DNA of 64,000 bases, from positions 480,001 through 544,000 of the forward strand of contig JBKBYA010000002.1 in NCBI GenBank assembly GCA_046313635.1, written 5' to 3'. Source of the stretch: Pyrinomonadaceae bacterium. Its GTDB lineage: Bacteria; Acidobacteriota; Blastocatellia; Pyrinomonadales; Pyrinomonadaceae. Below the pieces are notes generated by a model. The model did not search any database and was not told the origin of the DNA. It saw only the letters and a program-made list of their open reading frames with translations. A program made the translations under genes and the position numbers. This document shows positions 19,569-32,550 of this stretch, in pieces. Within the stretch, counting starts at the first letter, position 1, and each line of letters starts with the position of its first letter.

Positions 19569-20510
19569 TCAGTCTGCGTCGCGGACCACCGCGCCGGCAA
19601 AGACCTCTTTCAGCGGCGGTTCCTTCTGCTCGCCGGCGACCGCCATGCTCTCTGCGCTGCGGCCGGCGATCGCGAGCGCCAGGAACGATGCGAACGCCGC
19701 GACGCCCTTGGCATAGGACGGCCCGCCGAGCACACACGCGTAGAAGCGGCGGCGCAGGCTGTGAATGTTCTTGAGATCGATAAAGAGGTCGTAGAACAAT
19801 CTGCGAAGGTCCTTTTCTCTGACCCTCGGCGGAATGTTGTTCGGCTGGCAAAAGACGCGCGAGCCCGGATCGATCAGCAGCCGCCAGCCGCGGCGTTTGA
19901 GACGCGGCGTGTACTCGGCGTCACCGAAATTCGGGAATCGCCTTTCGTCCATCAGACCGCACTCGCGGATCGCCTCGGTCGGGACGAGCAGGCAGTTGCC
20001 GACGATCAGATCGACCTCCCACGGGCGGTCAGGAATGGTCCAGACGGTCTGATGGGCCCAGTGCTGCCAGCCGCCGCGCCACGTCTGCCAAACCGGCGCC
20101 GTTTGAAACAGCTTGTGCGGCTGGTCCCAAAGCAGCAGCAGCGAACCGACAACCGATCGCGGAACTCTCTCGGCCGTGCGGACCAGGCTCTGCAGAAATT
20201 CCGCGTCAAAGACCTGGTCGTCGTTCATCATCAGCACGTACTTCGGGTCGCGTTCGAGCGCGACGCGTACGCCCGCGTTCGTGCCGCCGGTGAACCAAAG
20301 GTCGCCCGTGCCGGCGACGATCTCGACGTCAGGAAATTCCTGCCGGATGGCATCCGCCGTGCCGTCGGTCGATGCGTCGTCGACGACGATGACGTGCACG
20401 TCGAGCCCGTCGGAGTTGATCCGCGAAAGGCTGCGGAGGCACTGCAGGGTGATCTCTCGGCGGTTATAGACCGGCGTGACGACTGCGATGCGAATGTTGT
20501 CGGAACTCAT
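19569..20510 (-). CDS. Glycosyltransferase family 2
   Basis: VTPVYNR, VVDDASTDGT, MNDD. Confidence 0.85.
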   Translation of the reverse strand: MSSDNIRIAVVTPVYNRREITLQCLRSLSRINSDGLDVHVIVVDDASTDGTADAIRQEFPDVEIVAGTGDLWFTGGTNAGVRVALERDPKYVLMMNDDQVFDAEFLQSLVRTAERVPRSVVGSLLLLWDQPHKLFQTAPVWQTWRGGWQHWAHQTVWTIPDRPWEVDLIVGNCLLVPTEAIRECGLMDERRFPNFGDAEYTPRLKRRGWRLLIDPGSRVFCQPNNIPPRVREKDLRRLFYDLFIDLKNIHSLRRRFYACVLGGPSYAKGVAAFASFLALAIAGRSAESMAVAGEQKEPPLKEVFAGAVVRDAD

Positions 20511-21907
20511 TCCGCGGTCGAGCTGAGCGCTTCTCCGTTCTCGCCCCACCAGAGCTTTCGCAGGCGGTCGGTATTGGCCTCGTCGTCCTCGCTGTTGCCG
20601 ATCGCGATGTAGCGGATGCCGTCGCGCCCGGCGAGCCGCGACTTGAGCAGACGCCAAAAGTCCATGACCATCACCTCGGCCCATTGATTCTTAAAGTCGT
20701 CGGCGGTCAGCTCGGCAAATGCCGGGTCGGGCGTGGTGATGAGCACGGCCTCGGCCTGCTTGAGACATTCGCCGATCGAATCGAGCACCACGACGTGACG
20801 CTGGATGTCGCTGAGGTCCATCTCGGACGACATCGGATCGTAGGCGACGACGCGCATTCCGCTCTTTGCGAGGTGACGAGCGACGTAGACGCCCTGCGAC
20901 TCTTCGGTGACGTGCGAAAAGGGCTTGTACGAGAGACCGAGCACGGCGACGGTCGCGCCTTTTCGGATGAGCTTCTGCAGCCGGTTAGAGACGTTCTCGG
21001 CGACCGCTCGGTTCATCGAGTCGGTCGTCTGAGCGAGCCGGGCCTCGACGCCGAGCTCGCGTGCGATGAAAGAGAGCGCGACGTTGTCACGCGGAAAGCA
21101 CGGGCCGCCATAACCTATCGCTCCGGTCAGATACTTCCGGCCGATCCGGCTGTCCATCCCGAGCGCGTTGCTTACGACGTCGACATCGCCGCCCGGGATC
21201 TTTTCGCAGATCTCGGCGAGCATATTGGCGAAGGTGATCTTGGTCGTGACGAAGGTGTTGACCGAGATCTTGGTCAGCTCCGCATTCTCGAGGCTCATCC
21301 GCGCGGCCGGAGCTCCGTTGGTCATCACGCGCGAGTAGATCTCTTCGAGCTGAGAGCCGCAGCGCTGGTCGAGCTCGCCTATCAGGGTGAAGTCAGGGTT
21401 CAAAAAGTCGCGAATGATGCTGCCGAGAGCGATGAACTCGGGGCTGTAGCAGAGACCGAAGTCCCGGCCCGCCTTTTTGCCCGATTCTCTCTCGAGGATC
21501 GGCAGCAGCGCCTGACGCGTCGAGCCAGGCAAGACGGTGCTCGTCATCACGACGTTGTGGTAGGCGTCCTTTTTTGCGAGGGCTCTGCCGATCTCGCGAA
21601 ACGCCCACTCGGCGTACTGCAGCGAGAACGCCCCGCGCTCGTCGCTCGGCGTCGGGACGATGACGAAGGAGATGTCCGACCCGAGCACCGCCTCCTCGTG
21701 GCTCGAGGTCGCGCGGATGCGCTCGCGATTAGCCGCGATCGTCGCGTCGAGGTCGGTCTCCTGTACCGGCGCCCGTCCCTCGTTTACCGCGTCGACCGAA
21801 CGCTGGTTCACGTCGACGCCGATCACGCTGAGGCCCCGCATAGCGAATGCCGCCGCCATGCTTGCTCCGAGCTTGCCCAGCCCGATAACTGAAACTTTGT
21901 CTATCAT
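20507..21907 (-). CDS. UDP-glucose/GDP-mannose dehydrogenase family protein
   Basis: GLGKLG, STVLPG, PEF, GYGGPCFPRD. Confidence 0.9.
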   Translation of the reverse strand: MIDKVSVIGLGKLGASMAAAFAMRGLSVIGVDVNQRSVDAVNEGRAPVQETDLDATIAANRERIRATSSHEEAVLGSDISFVIVPTPSDERGAFSLQYAEWAFREIGRALAKKDAYHNVVMTSTVLPGSTRQALLPILERESGKKAGRDFGLCYSPEFIALGSIIRDFLNPDFTLIGELDQRCGSQLEEIYSRVMTNGAPAARMSLENAELTKISVNTFVTTKITFANMLAEICEKIPGGDVDVVSNALGMDSRIGRKYLTGAIGYGGPCFPRDNVALSFIARELGVEARLAQTTDSMNRAVAENVSNRLQKLIRKGATVAVLGLSYKPFSHVTEESQGVYVARHLAKSGMRVVAYDPMSSEMDLSDIQRHVVVLDSIGECLKQAEAVLITTPDPAFAELTADDFKNQWAEVMVMDFWRLLKSRLAGRDGIRYIAIGNSEDDEANTDRLRKLWWGENGEALSSTAE

Positions 21908-21932
21908 CGTGAGTGAGTCTTCCCTTTTTGAT

Positions 21933-22946
21933 CTAACTTGTCGCGACGGTGCCGACGAGCCTGCCGCCGTCGGCGCCTAGAGACCGGGCAACCTGTTGCT
22001 CGATCCACCGGTACGTGCGGCCGAGGCCGTCCTCGAGCGAGATCTGCGGCTCCCAGCCGAGCACTTCGCGCAGTTTGGTGTTGTCTGAGTTGCGGCCGCG
22101 GACGCCCATCGGCCCGTCGACGTGTTTTTTGGTGATCGATATTCCGGCTATCTCGGCGATGATGTCGGCGAGCTGATTGATCGTCACCATACGGTCCTGA
22201 CCGAGGTTGAGCGGCTCGGCAAAGTCCGACCTCATCAGCCGGTAGAGGCCCTCGACGCAGTCGTCGATATAGCAGAACGAGCGGGTCTGCTCGCCGTCGC
22301 CCCAGATCTCGATCTCGTGATCGCCCGTGAGCTTTGCCATCGCGATCTTGCGGCACATTGCGGCCGGAGCTTTTTCTCGGCCGCCCTCCCAGGTGCCCTT
22401 CTCGCCAAAGATGTTGTGAAACCTGACGGTCCGCGTCTCGATGCCGTAGTCCTCGCGGTAATGCATGCAGAGACGCTCGGAGACGAGCTTTTCCCATCCG
22501 TAAGCGTCCTGCGGAGCGGCCGGATATGCGTCCTCCTCTTTGAGCGGCGTCACGTTGGCGTCCTCCTGCAGATGCTCAGGATAGATGCATGCCGAGCTCG
22601 TGTAGAGATACCGCCCGACGCCGTTGACACGCGCCGCCTCGAGCGTGTGCAGGTTGATGAGCGAATTGTTGTACAGGATCTGCGCGTGATGACTCGAGAT
22701 GAATCCCATCCCGCCCATGTCGGCCGCGAGCGCGTAAACTTCGTCGACGCCCCTCGTCGACTGCAGGCACGCGTCCCAACGCCGAAGGTCGAGGATCTCG
22801 AACTCGTCCGCGTCGGTCTCGGCAAACTCCGGATATTTAAGGTCCACACCGCGCACCCAGTAGCCCCGGTCCTTGAGATAAGTGACAAGGTGGCTGCCGA
22901 TGAATCCGCCCGCACCGGTCACGAGCACCTTTGTTGGTGAAGTCAT
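21933..22946 (-). CDS. NAD-dependent epimerase, GDP-mannose 3,5-epimerase-like
   Basis: GAGGFIG, LAADMGGMGFI, SSACIYP, YGWEK, GGREKAPAAMCRK, GVRGRNSDN. Confidence 0.85.
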   Translation of the reverse strand: MTSPTKVLVTGAGGFIGSHLVTYLKDRGYWVRGVDLKYPEFAETDADEFEILDLRRWDACLQSTRGVDEVYALAADMGGMGFISSHHAQILYNNSLINLHTLEAARVNGVGRYLYTSSACIYPEHLQEDANVTPLKEEDAYPAAPQDAYGWEKLVSERLCMHYREDYGIETRTVRFHNIFGEKGTWEGGREKAPAAMCRKIAMAKLTGDHEIEIWGDGEQTRSFCYIDDCVEGLYRLMRSDFAEPLNLGQDRMVTINQLADIIAEIAGISITKKHVDGPMGVRGRNSDNTKLREVLGWEPQISLEDGLGRTYRWIEQQVARSLGADGGRLVGTVATS

Positions 22947-22972
22947 ATTTTGAATCAGTTCGCTCGCGGCCC

Positions 22973-25447
22973 TCACGCCTCGTCGTCGTGGCGGTAGCTG
23001 TCGCGATGATAATAGCTCTGGTAGTAGTAATAATTGTCCTCGGCCCGCAGATTGGCGTTGTTGAGCACTACGCCGAAGATCCTTGCCCCGAGATCCGAGA
23101 GGAGCTGCTTGGAACGCCGCACGACCTGACGCGAGGTCTTGCCCGAGTGGACGACAAGAATGACGCCGTCGACCATCGACGCGATCAGCACGCCGTCGGT
23201 GAACGACGCGATCGGCGGCGAGTCGATGACGACGTGCGTGAAATTGTCCTGAAGTATCTTGAGCAGATTCGCCATCTGCTCCGAGCCGATCAGCTCGGCC
23301 GGATTCGGCGGGATCGGTCCCGACGGCAGCAGATAAAGTTTCGACTCTTCGTCGCGCTTGATGATCTCGAGGATCTCGGGCGTGCCGACCTCGCTCGAGA
23401 GTATGGTGCTGAGCCCGGCCGCATTCGAGATGTTAAAGACCGAATGCAGCCGCGGCCGCCGCATATCCGCGTCGATCAGCAGCACCTTGGCGCCGGTCTG
23501 CGCGAGACTGATGGCGGTGTTGGTCGCCGTCGTGGTCTTGCCCTCGGCCGGCAAGCTCGACGTGATCAGGAGCGACTTCGGGGCGTGTCCCGCGGTCGAG
23601 AGCAGGATAGAAGTGCGAAGCTGGCGATACGCCTCGGCCAGCGACGAACGCGAGTCGGCCGAGATAAGCAGCTCGGTCGGGCCCTGGTCCTCGACCTGCT
23701 CTTCGCCGCCCACGAGCAGCAAGCGGCGCTTGGGCATCGATTCGATCGTCGGGATCGCGGCGAGAGCCGGCAGCTGCAGGTAGTTCTCGATTTCCTCGGT
23801 CGAGCGGATCGTGTCGTCGAGATACTCAAGGAAGAGCGCAAGGCCCATTCCGAATAGCGTCGACAGCATTAACGCGGCCAGCACCGTCATCAGCCTGCGG
23901 GGTGCGACCGGCGTGTCGTTGGGGATCGCGATCTCCGAGACGCTGATGTTGTTATCGGAGCCCTTCGCCGAGACGTCGTTGCTGCTTTGCTGCTCGATCA
24001 GATTTTTGAGAAAGCCCTTGTTGGTCTCGATATTCTGCTCCAGCAGCTTGAGGAGCACAGCGCCCTGATTCTGACCTTGGGCGATGTTGTACTGCTCGTT
24101 AAAGGCCGCGCGGACCTTGTCCTCTTGCTGCTTTGCCTGGTTGTACTTGGTCTGCAGGTTGGTCAAGATCGTGTTGGTCGCACGCTGGACAAAATTGTTG
24201 ATGTCCTCGGTGTTGCGGGCGACCTCGCGCGCCAGCGAGCGCTCGAGACTCTCGATCTGCACATCGATCTCGCGGACCGGATCGGCAGTTTCTTTGTACT
24301 CCTGGAGCAGCTTGTCCCGGTCTGAACGGAGCTGGGCGATCTTTTTCTGTGTATCGTTCTTGAGATCGCGGAGCGAATTTTCGCGTTCGGTCACGTAGCG
24401 GGCCATCTGGTCCTGCGCCATCTCGCGGACGGCGGTCGGATTGTCGCGGACGGCGAAGTACTGAGCCTCGGCATTCTTGCGCGCGTTCTCGGCCTCGAGA
24501 AGCTGTTTGTTGAGGCCGGCGAGGCGTTCGAGGTCGATCGTGCCTTCGCCGGTGGTGGGCAGTATCCCTTCTCTGCGTTTCAGCTCGACGAGCTTTGTCT
24601 CGTCGGCTTTGATCTCGCTCTGCAGGTCGGCGATGCGCTTGCCGAGAAAGTCGCTGGTCTTGCGGTTAGTGCCCGACCGCTTTTCCTCGTTCATCAGGGT
24701 AAAGGTCTCGGCGATGGCGTTCGCGACAAAGGCCGCGAGCTCCGGGTCGTTGCTGCGGTAAGAGATCTCTATGAGGCGAGTGTCCTTGACCGTCGCTCGC
24801 GACTCGCGTATCGGCTCGATGCTGAGATTCTTGCGGATGACGTCCACGTACGGCGAGAGCCTCATCGCCTCCTCTACCTCGTCGGACGAGGCAATGCCGG
24901 TATCGGGCAAGACGTCAGCGTCCTTCTTTTTGTCGCCGCTGCCGTCGCTCGCGAGGCCGACCGTTTTGAGCATAGAGCGCCAAGGCGACACCGCTGCCTC
25001 GGTCTTGGCCTGCTGAAACTCCTTATTGGTATCGAGACTGTGTTCCTTGACCACGCGGCGGAGCAGGCTCTCGCTGCTGAGCAGCTGAAGCTGCGTGTTG
25101 AAATACGCCGGGTCGGGGTTTGAGAGCGGGCGCGAGCGGTCGGTCGTGACGAGGTCGGGATTGGTCTGCTCGAGATCGACCTGGACGACCGCCCGGGCCG
25201 AGTAGACATTGGGTTTGCGCGCCATATAAATGGCGGCGAGCGTCGTGAAAAGCACCGCGATCCCGATCACGAGCCACAGCCGTTTGCGGATCGCGCGCCA
25301 GTAATCGAGCAGCTGAAAGCCCTCGGAGCCGTAACTGTCGCGGTAGCCGGGATACCTGCCCGGCGCGACGACCTGCGGCTCAAACGGCCGAGCGATCTCG
25401 GCGGTCTCGACGACCGAGGTCTTGATGATTTCGCGCGTTTCTTTCAT
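22973..25447 (-). CDS. wzc: Polysaccharide co-polymerase / tyrosine autokinase
   Basis: Two TM segments, coiled coil, AEGKTT Walker A, DADMRRP, C-terminal YYYYQSYY. Confidence 0.9.
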   Translation of the reverse strand: MKETREIIKTSVVETAEIARPFEPQVVAPGRYPGYRDSYGSEGFQLLDYWRAIRKRLWLVIGIAVLFTTLAAIYMARKPNVYSARAVVQVDLEQTNPDLVTTDRSRPLSNPDPAYFNTQLQLLSSESLLRRVVKEHSLDTNKEFQQAKTEAAVSPWRSMLKTVGLASDGSGDKKKDADVLPDTGIASSDEVEEAMRLSPYVDVIRKNLSIEPIRESRATVKDTRLIEISYRSNDPELAAFVANAIAETFTLMNEEKRSGTNRKTSDFLGKRIADLQSEIKADETKLVELKRREGILPTTGEGTIDLERLAGLNKQLLEAENARKNAEAQYFAVRDNPTAVREMAQDQMARYVTERENSLRDLKNDTQKKIAQLRSDRDKLLQEYKETADPVREIDVQIESLERSLAREVARNTEDINNFVQRATNTILTNLQTKYNQAKQQEDKVRAAFNEQYNIAQGQNQGAVLLKLLEQNIETNKGFLKNLIEQQSSNDVSAKGSDNNISVSEIAIPNDTPVAPRRLMTVLAALMLSTLFGMGLALFLEYLDDTIRSTEEIENYLQLPALAAIPTIESMPKRRLLLVGGEEQVEDQGPTELLISADSRSSLAEAYRQLRTSILLSTAGHAPKSLLITSSLPAEGKTTTATNTAISLAQTGAKVLLIDADMRRPRLHSVFNISNAAGLSTILSSEVGTPEILEIIKRDEESKLYLLPSGPIPPNPAELIGSEQMANLLKILQDNFTHVVIDSPPIASFTDGVLIASMVDGVILVVHSGKTSRQVVRRSKQLLSDLGARIFGVVLNNANLRAEDNYYYYQSYYHRDSYRHDDEA

Positions 25448-25453
25448 TTGATC

Positions 25454-26440
25454 CTATGGCGCCGGAACGCGGTAGAAGATCGAACCGACACCGCCGGTCA
25501 GCGACCTGCCGATACTGTTGATGATGCTCTTTGCCTTGTCCTCCGAAATGGCGACGATGTCGTTCGGCTCGAGAAACGGGTCGGGCTGCTTACCGGCGAC
25601 GATGCTTTTGACATTGTAAACGAGCTCTTCGCGCTCGGACGAGTTGGGCTTTTGCCGCAGCACGCGGACGCTGCCGAGATTGGAGGCCGACTTGGCCCCC
25701 TCGGCCTCGGCGATCGCCTGTACGAGAGTGATCGGCTCTTTCATCTTCACGGCCTTTTGCTTATTGACGTTGCCGTAAACGTAGACCTGATCGGCGTCTG
25801 AGACAAAGACGATGTCGCCGGGCTGCATCACGAGACGCTGCTTTGCCTCGCGGACGTCCTTGATCCTGAAGTCAAATAGCTGAATGTCGCTCGATGCGCC
25901 GGCCGCCGCGGCGACCGCTGCGGCGTCATTCTCGGGTGTGCGGCAGTTTGAGTTGCTGCCCATCCGCGCGACGAGTATGCGCGAGCCGGCCTTTTCCGGA
26001 TCGGGACCGCCGGCGTACGCGAGCAGCTCCAGCAGCTGCACGGGACGCGTGATGTAAAAGTTGCCCGGCTTGACCACCGCGCCGAGAACGGCGACGTACT
26101 GCGACTTTTGATCGACGGCGACGACGCTCACTTCCGGATTGCGAAGGTAATCCTTGGCATACGCGGCGGCTATGTCACGAGCGAGCTCGCTCTCGGTCTT
26201 GCAGACGGCGAGTATCGGCCGGTCGAGCTTAAAGAGATTGATCGTGCCGTTGGGGTTGACGGCGACGCGGCGGCTCAGCTCGGGATGTCTGAAGACCTGC
26301 ACCTCGAGCGTATCCTGATAACCGATACGGTATCGCTGCGCGGCGGAATTCTGATCGGCCGGGGCCGGCGGCTCCTGCGCCGCTGCGAGCCCGGCGCAGG
26401 CCAAAAGACAAATGACTGACAGAATGTAAAAACGCTTCAT
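25454..26440 (-). CDS. wza: Polysaccharide export protein with SLBB domains
   Basis: Signal peptide, YRIGYQDTLEVQVF, V.V.G.V..PG repeats. Confidence 0.8.
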   Translation of the reverse strand: MKRFYILSVICLLACAGLAAAQEPPAPADQNSAAQRYRIGYQDTLEVQVFRHPELSRRVAVNPNGTINLFKLDRPILAVCKTESELARDIAAAYAKDYLRNPEVSVVAVDQKSQYVAVLGAVVKPGNFYITRPVQLLELLAYAGGPDPEKAGSRILVARMGSNSNCRTPENDAAAVAAAAGASSDIQLFDFRIKDVREAKQRLVMQPGDIVFVSDADQVYVYGNVNKQKAVKMKEPITLVQAIAEAEGAKSASNLGSVRVLRQKPNSSEREELVYNVKSIVAGKQPDPFLEPNDIVAISEDKAKSIINSIGRSLTGGVGSIFYRVPAP

Positions 26441-26656
26441 TTCTGTGCACCTCACTCAAGATCCGATCAGCTGATTTTTCCGAATGTCCGAATAAACCGG
26501 GGAGCCGGAGAGATTGGTATATCCTCGAATAACAATACCTTAAACCGTTTGATCGAGGAAGATTCTATCAAACTGGACCGCCGTTGGAAACCGCTGTTTT
26601 GAATCGTCCGGCCTTTTAGCTAAACTTTGAATCTCGCTGATCATCTCTCGTTCTGT

Positions 26657-29323
<2,667 letters not shown>

Positions 29324-29383
29324 GTTTGTAGTTAAGAGATGACCTCAGCGGTCGGCGCCGGCACAGCTCATCCGATACTTCAT

Positions 29384-30493
29384 ATGCTCCAGGCCGAACT
29401 CAAATCGCTCGCGATCGAAGAAAAGATCGGCCAATTGTTTTTCATCGGTCTGCACGGGACCGAGCTCGAGGGCGACGCGGCGCGGCTCGTCGACGAGATA
29501 CGGCCCGGCGGCGTGTGTCTTTTTGCACGCAACATCCGCGAGGCCGCGCAAACGCGTGCGTTGCTCGACGCGCTGCGAGGAGCGCTGCCTGTAGAGCCGC
29601 TGCTGAGCCTCGATCAGGAAGGCGGTCTCGTCGATCGCCTCCGCCGCGTCGTCACGCCGATGCCGTCCGCCAGCAAGCTGCGCAGCGAGAGCGACGCGGC
29701 CGAGCTCGCAAGGATCATTGCCGAGTGCGCGCGCATTCTCGGTTTCAATATGGATTTTGCTCCGGTCGTCGACGTCGTTGACGGACCGCGGGGCGGGTAC
29801 TCGAATGGCGGACTCGTGTCGCGTGCGTTCGGCAAGTCGGCCGACGACGTCGTCCGCTTAGCCGGGACGTTTTTGTCAGAGCTGCGATCGTGCGGCGTCG
29901 TCGGCTGCATCAAGCACTTTCCCGGACTCGGCGCCTCGCAGGTCGACTCGCATGAGGAACTGCCGCTGGTCGCCGTCTCCGACGACGAATTTCGCAGCGT
30001 CGATCTGGCGCCCTACGTTGAACTGATCGAGCGCGGCGGCGTCCAGGCGGTGATGGTCGCGCACGCCGCCTATCCGACACTCGCCTTGCAGGAGTCGAGA
30101 GCAGATGGCAAACTGCTCCCGTCGTCGCTCAGTTCCCGATACATTGATAATTTGCTGCGGCGCGAGCTCGGCTTCGAGGGTTTGGTCGTCACCGACGACC
30201 TCGAAATGGGAGCGATCGTCAGGAATTTCGGTATCGCCGAGGCCTGCCGGCTTGCGATAGCGGCCGGGGCAGACATGCTCGCGATCTGCGCGCGGCCCGA
30301 GGCCGTACGCGAAGGGTTTGATGCGCTCGCCGAGGCTGTCGCCCGCGGCGAGATCAGCGAGGCGAGAATAGATACATCGCTCGCGCGTATCGCGGGCGTC
30401 AAACAAACGCTTTCGCTGCCGCTCCCCTTTGATCCGCGGCGGATCGACGAGCTCTCAGCCGCCGTCGCCGAACTCAACGCACGACTCGAATAG
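29384..30493 (+). CDS. nagZ: GH3 beta-N-acetylhexosaminidase; start may be 29339
   Basis: DQEGGLVDR, KHFPGLG...DSH, TDDLEMGA. Confidence 0.85.
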   Translation: MLQAELKSLAIEEKIGQLFFIGLHGTELEGDAARLVDEIRPGGVCLFARNIREAAQTRALLDALRGALPVEPLLSLDQEGGLVDRLRRVVTPMPSASKLRSESDAAELARIIAECARILGFNMDFAPVVDVVDGPRGGYSNGGLVSRAFGKSADDVVRLAGTFLSELRSCGVVGCIKHFPGLGASQVDSHEELPLVAVSDDEFRSVDLAPYVELIERGGVQAVMVAHAAYPTLALQESRADGKLLPSSLSSRYIDNLLRRELGFEGLVVTDDLEMGAIVRNFGIAEACRLAIAAGADMLAICARPEAVREGFDALAEAVARGEISEARIDTSLARIAGVKQTLSLPLPFDPRRIDELSAAVAELNARLE

Positions 30494-30515
30494 AATCACG
30501 GAGGACAAGATCTCT

Positions 30516-32156
30516 TTGCGCAAAATTCTCATCTCATTCGTACTCGCAGCCCTCGCTCTCTCACTTGCCTGCCGCCGCAACGCGACAAGCAGCGACACCG
30601 TCACGATCGCCTTGCCCGACAAGTTCACCACGCTCGACACGCTGACATCGACCGGGTCTGACGCCGCCGCCGAGCGCCTGCGGACGATGATATTCAACAC
30701 GCTGGTCCGCAAGAACGAGAACTTTGAATACGTCGGCGAGCTCGCGCAGGAGATACAGACGTCGGCCGATAACAAGACGATCACATTCGTGCTGCACGAC
30801 AACGTGAAGTTTCACAACGGCAAGCCGTTCACGTCGGCTGACGTGAAGTACACGTTTGACGAGCTCTTCAAGAGCGGCGGCTACAAGTCGGGAGCGTTCT
30901 TTGATACGGTCCCCGCCGCCTCGAAGCCGACGGCTCCGCCGGCCGCGGCTGCCTCATCGACGCCCGCGAATGGAGCGGCAAAACCAGCCGAGTCGCCCGC
31001 TGCGACCCGCGTCGCGCACATCGAGTCGATCACGACGCCCGATGCTAGAACGGTCGTCTTCGTCGTCAGCCGACCCGCGTTAAAGAATCAACTGCTTTCA
31101 AACCTTGTCGCGATCCCGATCATCGCCGAGGGCACGGCCGCACAGCAAAAGGAGCAGCCGGTCGGGACCGGGCCGTACAAATTCACGAGCTTTGACCAGT
31201 CGCAGAATATCGTCGAGCTCGCCGCCAACGGCGATTATTGGGAAGGCGCTCCCAAGGTCGCAAAGATCCGCGTCAAGACCGTCACCGACGCCAACTCGCT
31301 TGCGGCCGAACTGCAGACAGGCGGTGTCGATATCGCGCCGAACCCGTCAAACCTGCCGCCCGACAGCATCAAGTCTCTGACCTCAAATCCTGACCTGAAG
31401 CTCGAGCAGTCGGACGGCTCTAACATTCAGTATCTCGTCTTTAACACGCAGTCCGCGCCGCTCGACAAGGTCAAGATCAGGCAGGCCATCGCCTACGGCG
31501 TCGACCGGCAAAAGATAATCAACGAGCTCCTCTCGGGCCAGGCCAAAGCCGCGGATTCGATATTGCCGGCACAGTCTTGGGCTTACGCCCCGGGCCGCAC
31601 ATATTCGTACGATCCCGCAAAGGCCCGTCAGCTGCTCGCCGAAGCGGGCTACAAGGGCGAACCGATCAAATTCAAATACGGCTCCGGCAATGCGATGGTG
31701 AATCAGTATTCGCAGGCGATCCAGAGCTCTCTCGCGGCGGTCGGTCTCAACGTCCAGATCGAGACGCTCGAGGTCAACACCATCCGCCAGCAGCTCGCTC
31801 AGGGCGATTTCCAAATGTACACGGGCGTGTGGATCGGCGGCAATCAGGACCCGATCTTCCTCCGCGATCTCTTTAGCTCGTCGAGGATCCCAGGCGGGGC
31901 CGTGAGCTGCTGCAACCGCAGCCGGTACGTAAATGCGCAGGTCGACAAGCTTGTCGATGAAGCGATCAACGCCGCCGACCGCGAGCAGGCCAAGGCACTC
32001 TACGGCCAGGTCTGGCAGATCGTCAGCGAAGAGGTTCCGCTGCTGCCCCTTTGGTACCCGAACAACATCGTCATCGCCAACAAGCGGGTCGGCAATATCA
32101 AGATCGGCCCGAGCGGCGACTGGAGCTTTGTAAAGGACATGACGCTGACGAATTAA
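30516..32156 (+). CDS. Peptide ABC transporter substrate-binding lipoprotein (family 5)
   Basis: GGAGG RBS, TTG start, LSLAC lipobox, VKFHNGKPFTSADVKYTF, GTGPYKF. Confidence 0.9.
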   Translation: MRKILISFVLAALALSLACRRNATSSDTVTIALPDKFTTLDTLTSTGSDAAAERLRTMIFNTLVRKNENFEYVGELAQEIQTSADNKTITFVLHDNVKFHNGKPFTSADVKYTFDELFKSGGYKSGAFFDTVPAASKPTAPPAAAASSTPANGAAKPAESPAATRVAHIESITTPDARTVVFVVSRPALKNQLLSNLVAIPIIAEGTAAQQKEQPVGTGPYKFTSFDQSQNIVELAANGDYWEGAPKVAKIRVKTVTDANSLAAELQTGGVDIAPNPSNLPPDSIKSLTSNPDLKLEQSDGSNIQYLVFNTQSAPLDKVKIRQAIAYGVDRQKIINELLSGQAKAADSILPAQSWAYAPGRTYSYDPAKARQLLAEAGYKGEPIKFKYGSGNAMVNQYSQAIQSSLAAVGLNVQIETLEVNTIRQQLAQGDFQMYTGVWIGGNQDPIFLRDLFSSSRIPGGAVSCCNRSRYVNAQVDKLVDEAINAADREQAKALYGQVWQIVSEEVPLLPLWYPNNIVIANKRVGNIKIGPSGDWSFVKDMTLTN

Positions 32157-32217
32157 CTGCGTGAAACGCGCTCGACCGAGGCCGTTTCGGCCGTGGCGAA
32201 CACGTTTTTTGGGTTAC

Positions 32218-32245
32218 TTGACAATCGATCTTCGGCGTGTAGAAT
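32218..32245 (+). promoter_or_regulatory. Sigma70-type promoter of the tRNA operon
   Basis: TTGACA-16 nt-TAGAAT, ending 13 nt before tRNA-Gly. Confidence 0.8.
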
Positions 32246-32258
32246 TACACTTTGCGAC

Positions 32259-32334
<76 letters not shown>

Positions 32335-32341
32335 AGCTTCA

Positions 32342-32382
32342 AAGGCTAAAGGATAAAAGTTTCGCCTTTATCCTTTAGCCTT
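32342..32382. repeat. Inverted repeat in tRNA spacer
   Basis: AAGGCTAAAGGATAAA...TTTATCCTTTAGCCTT. Confidence 0.7.
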
Positions 32383-32398
32383 TATCCTTTCGACAGAC

Positions 32399-32473
<75 letters not shown>

Positions 32474-32550
32474 ACTTCTTCACATTAGACAAATAAGGTT
32501 CGGCCCGCCGCGACGCGTCAGTCGCGAGCACAGGCTCGGCGGCCGAGGCA

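Noticed and set aside
26456..26656. ops/JUMPstart element upstream of wza
   Set aside because: Only GGCGGT matches; the full GGCGGTAG motif is absent.
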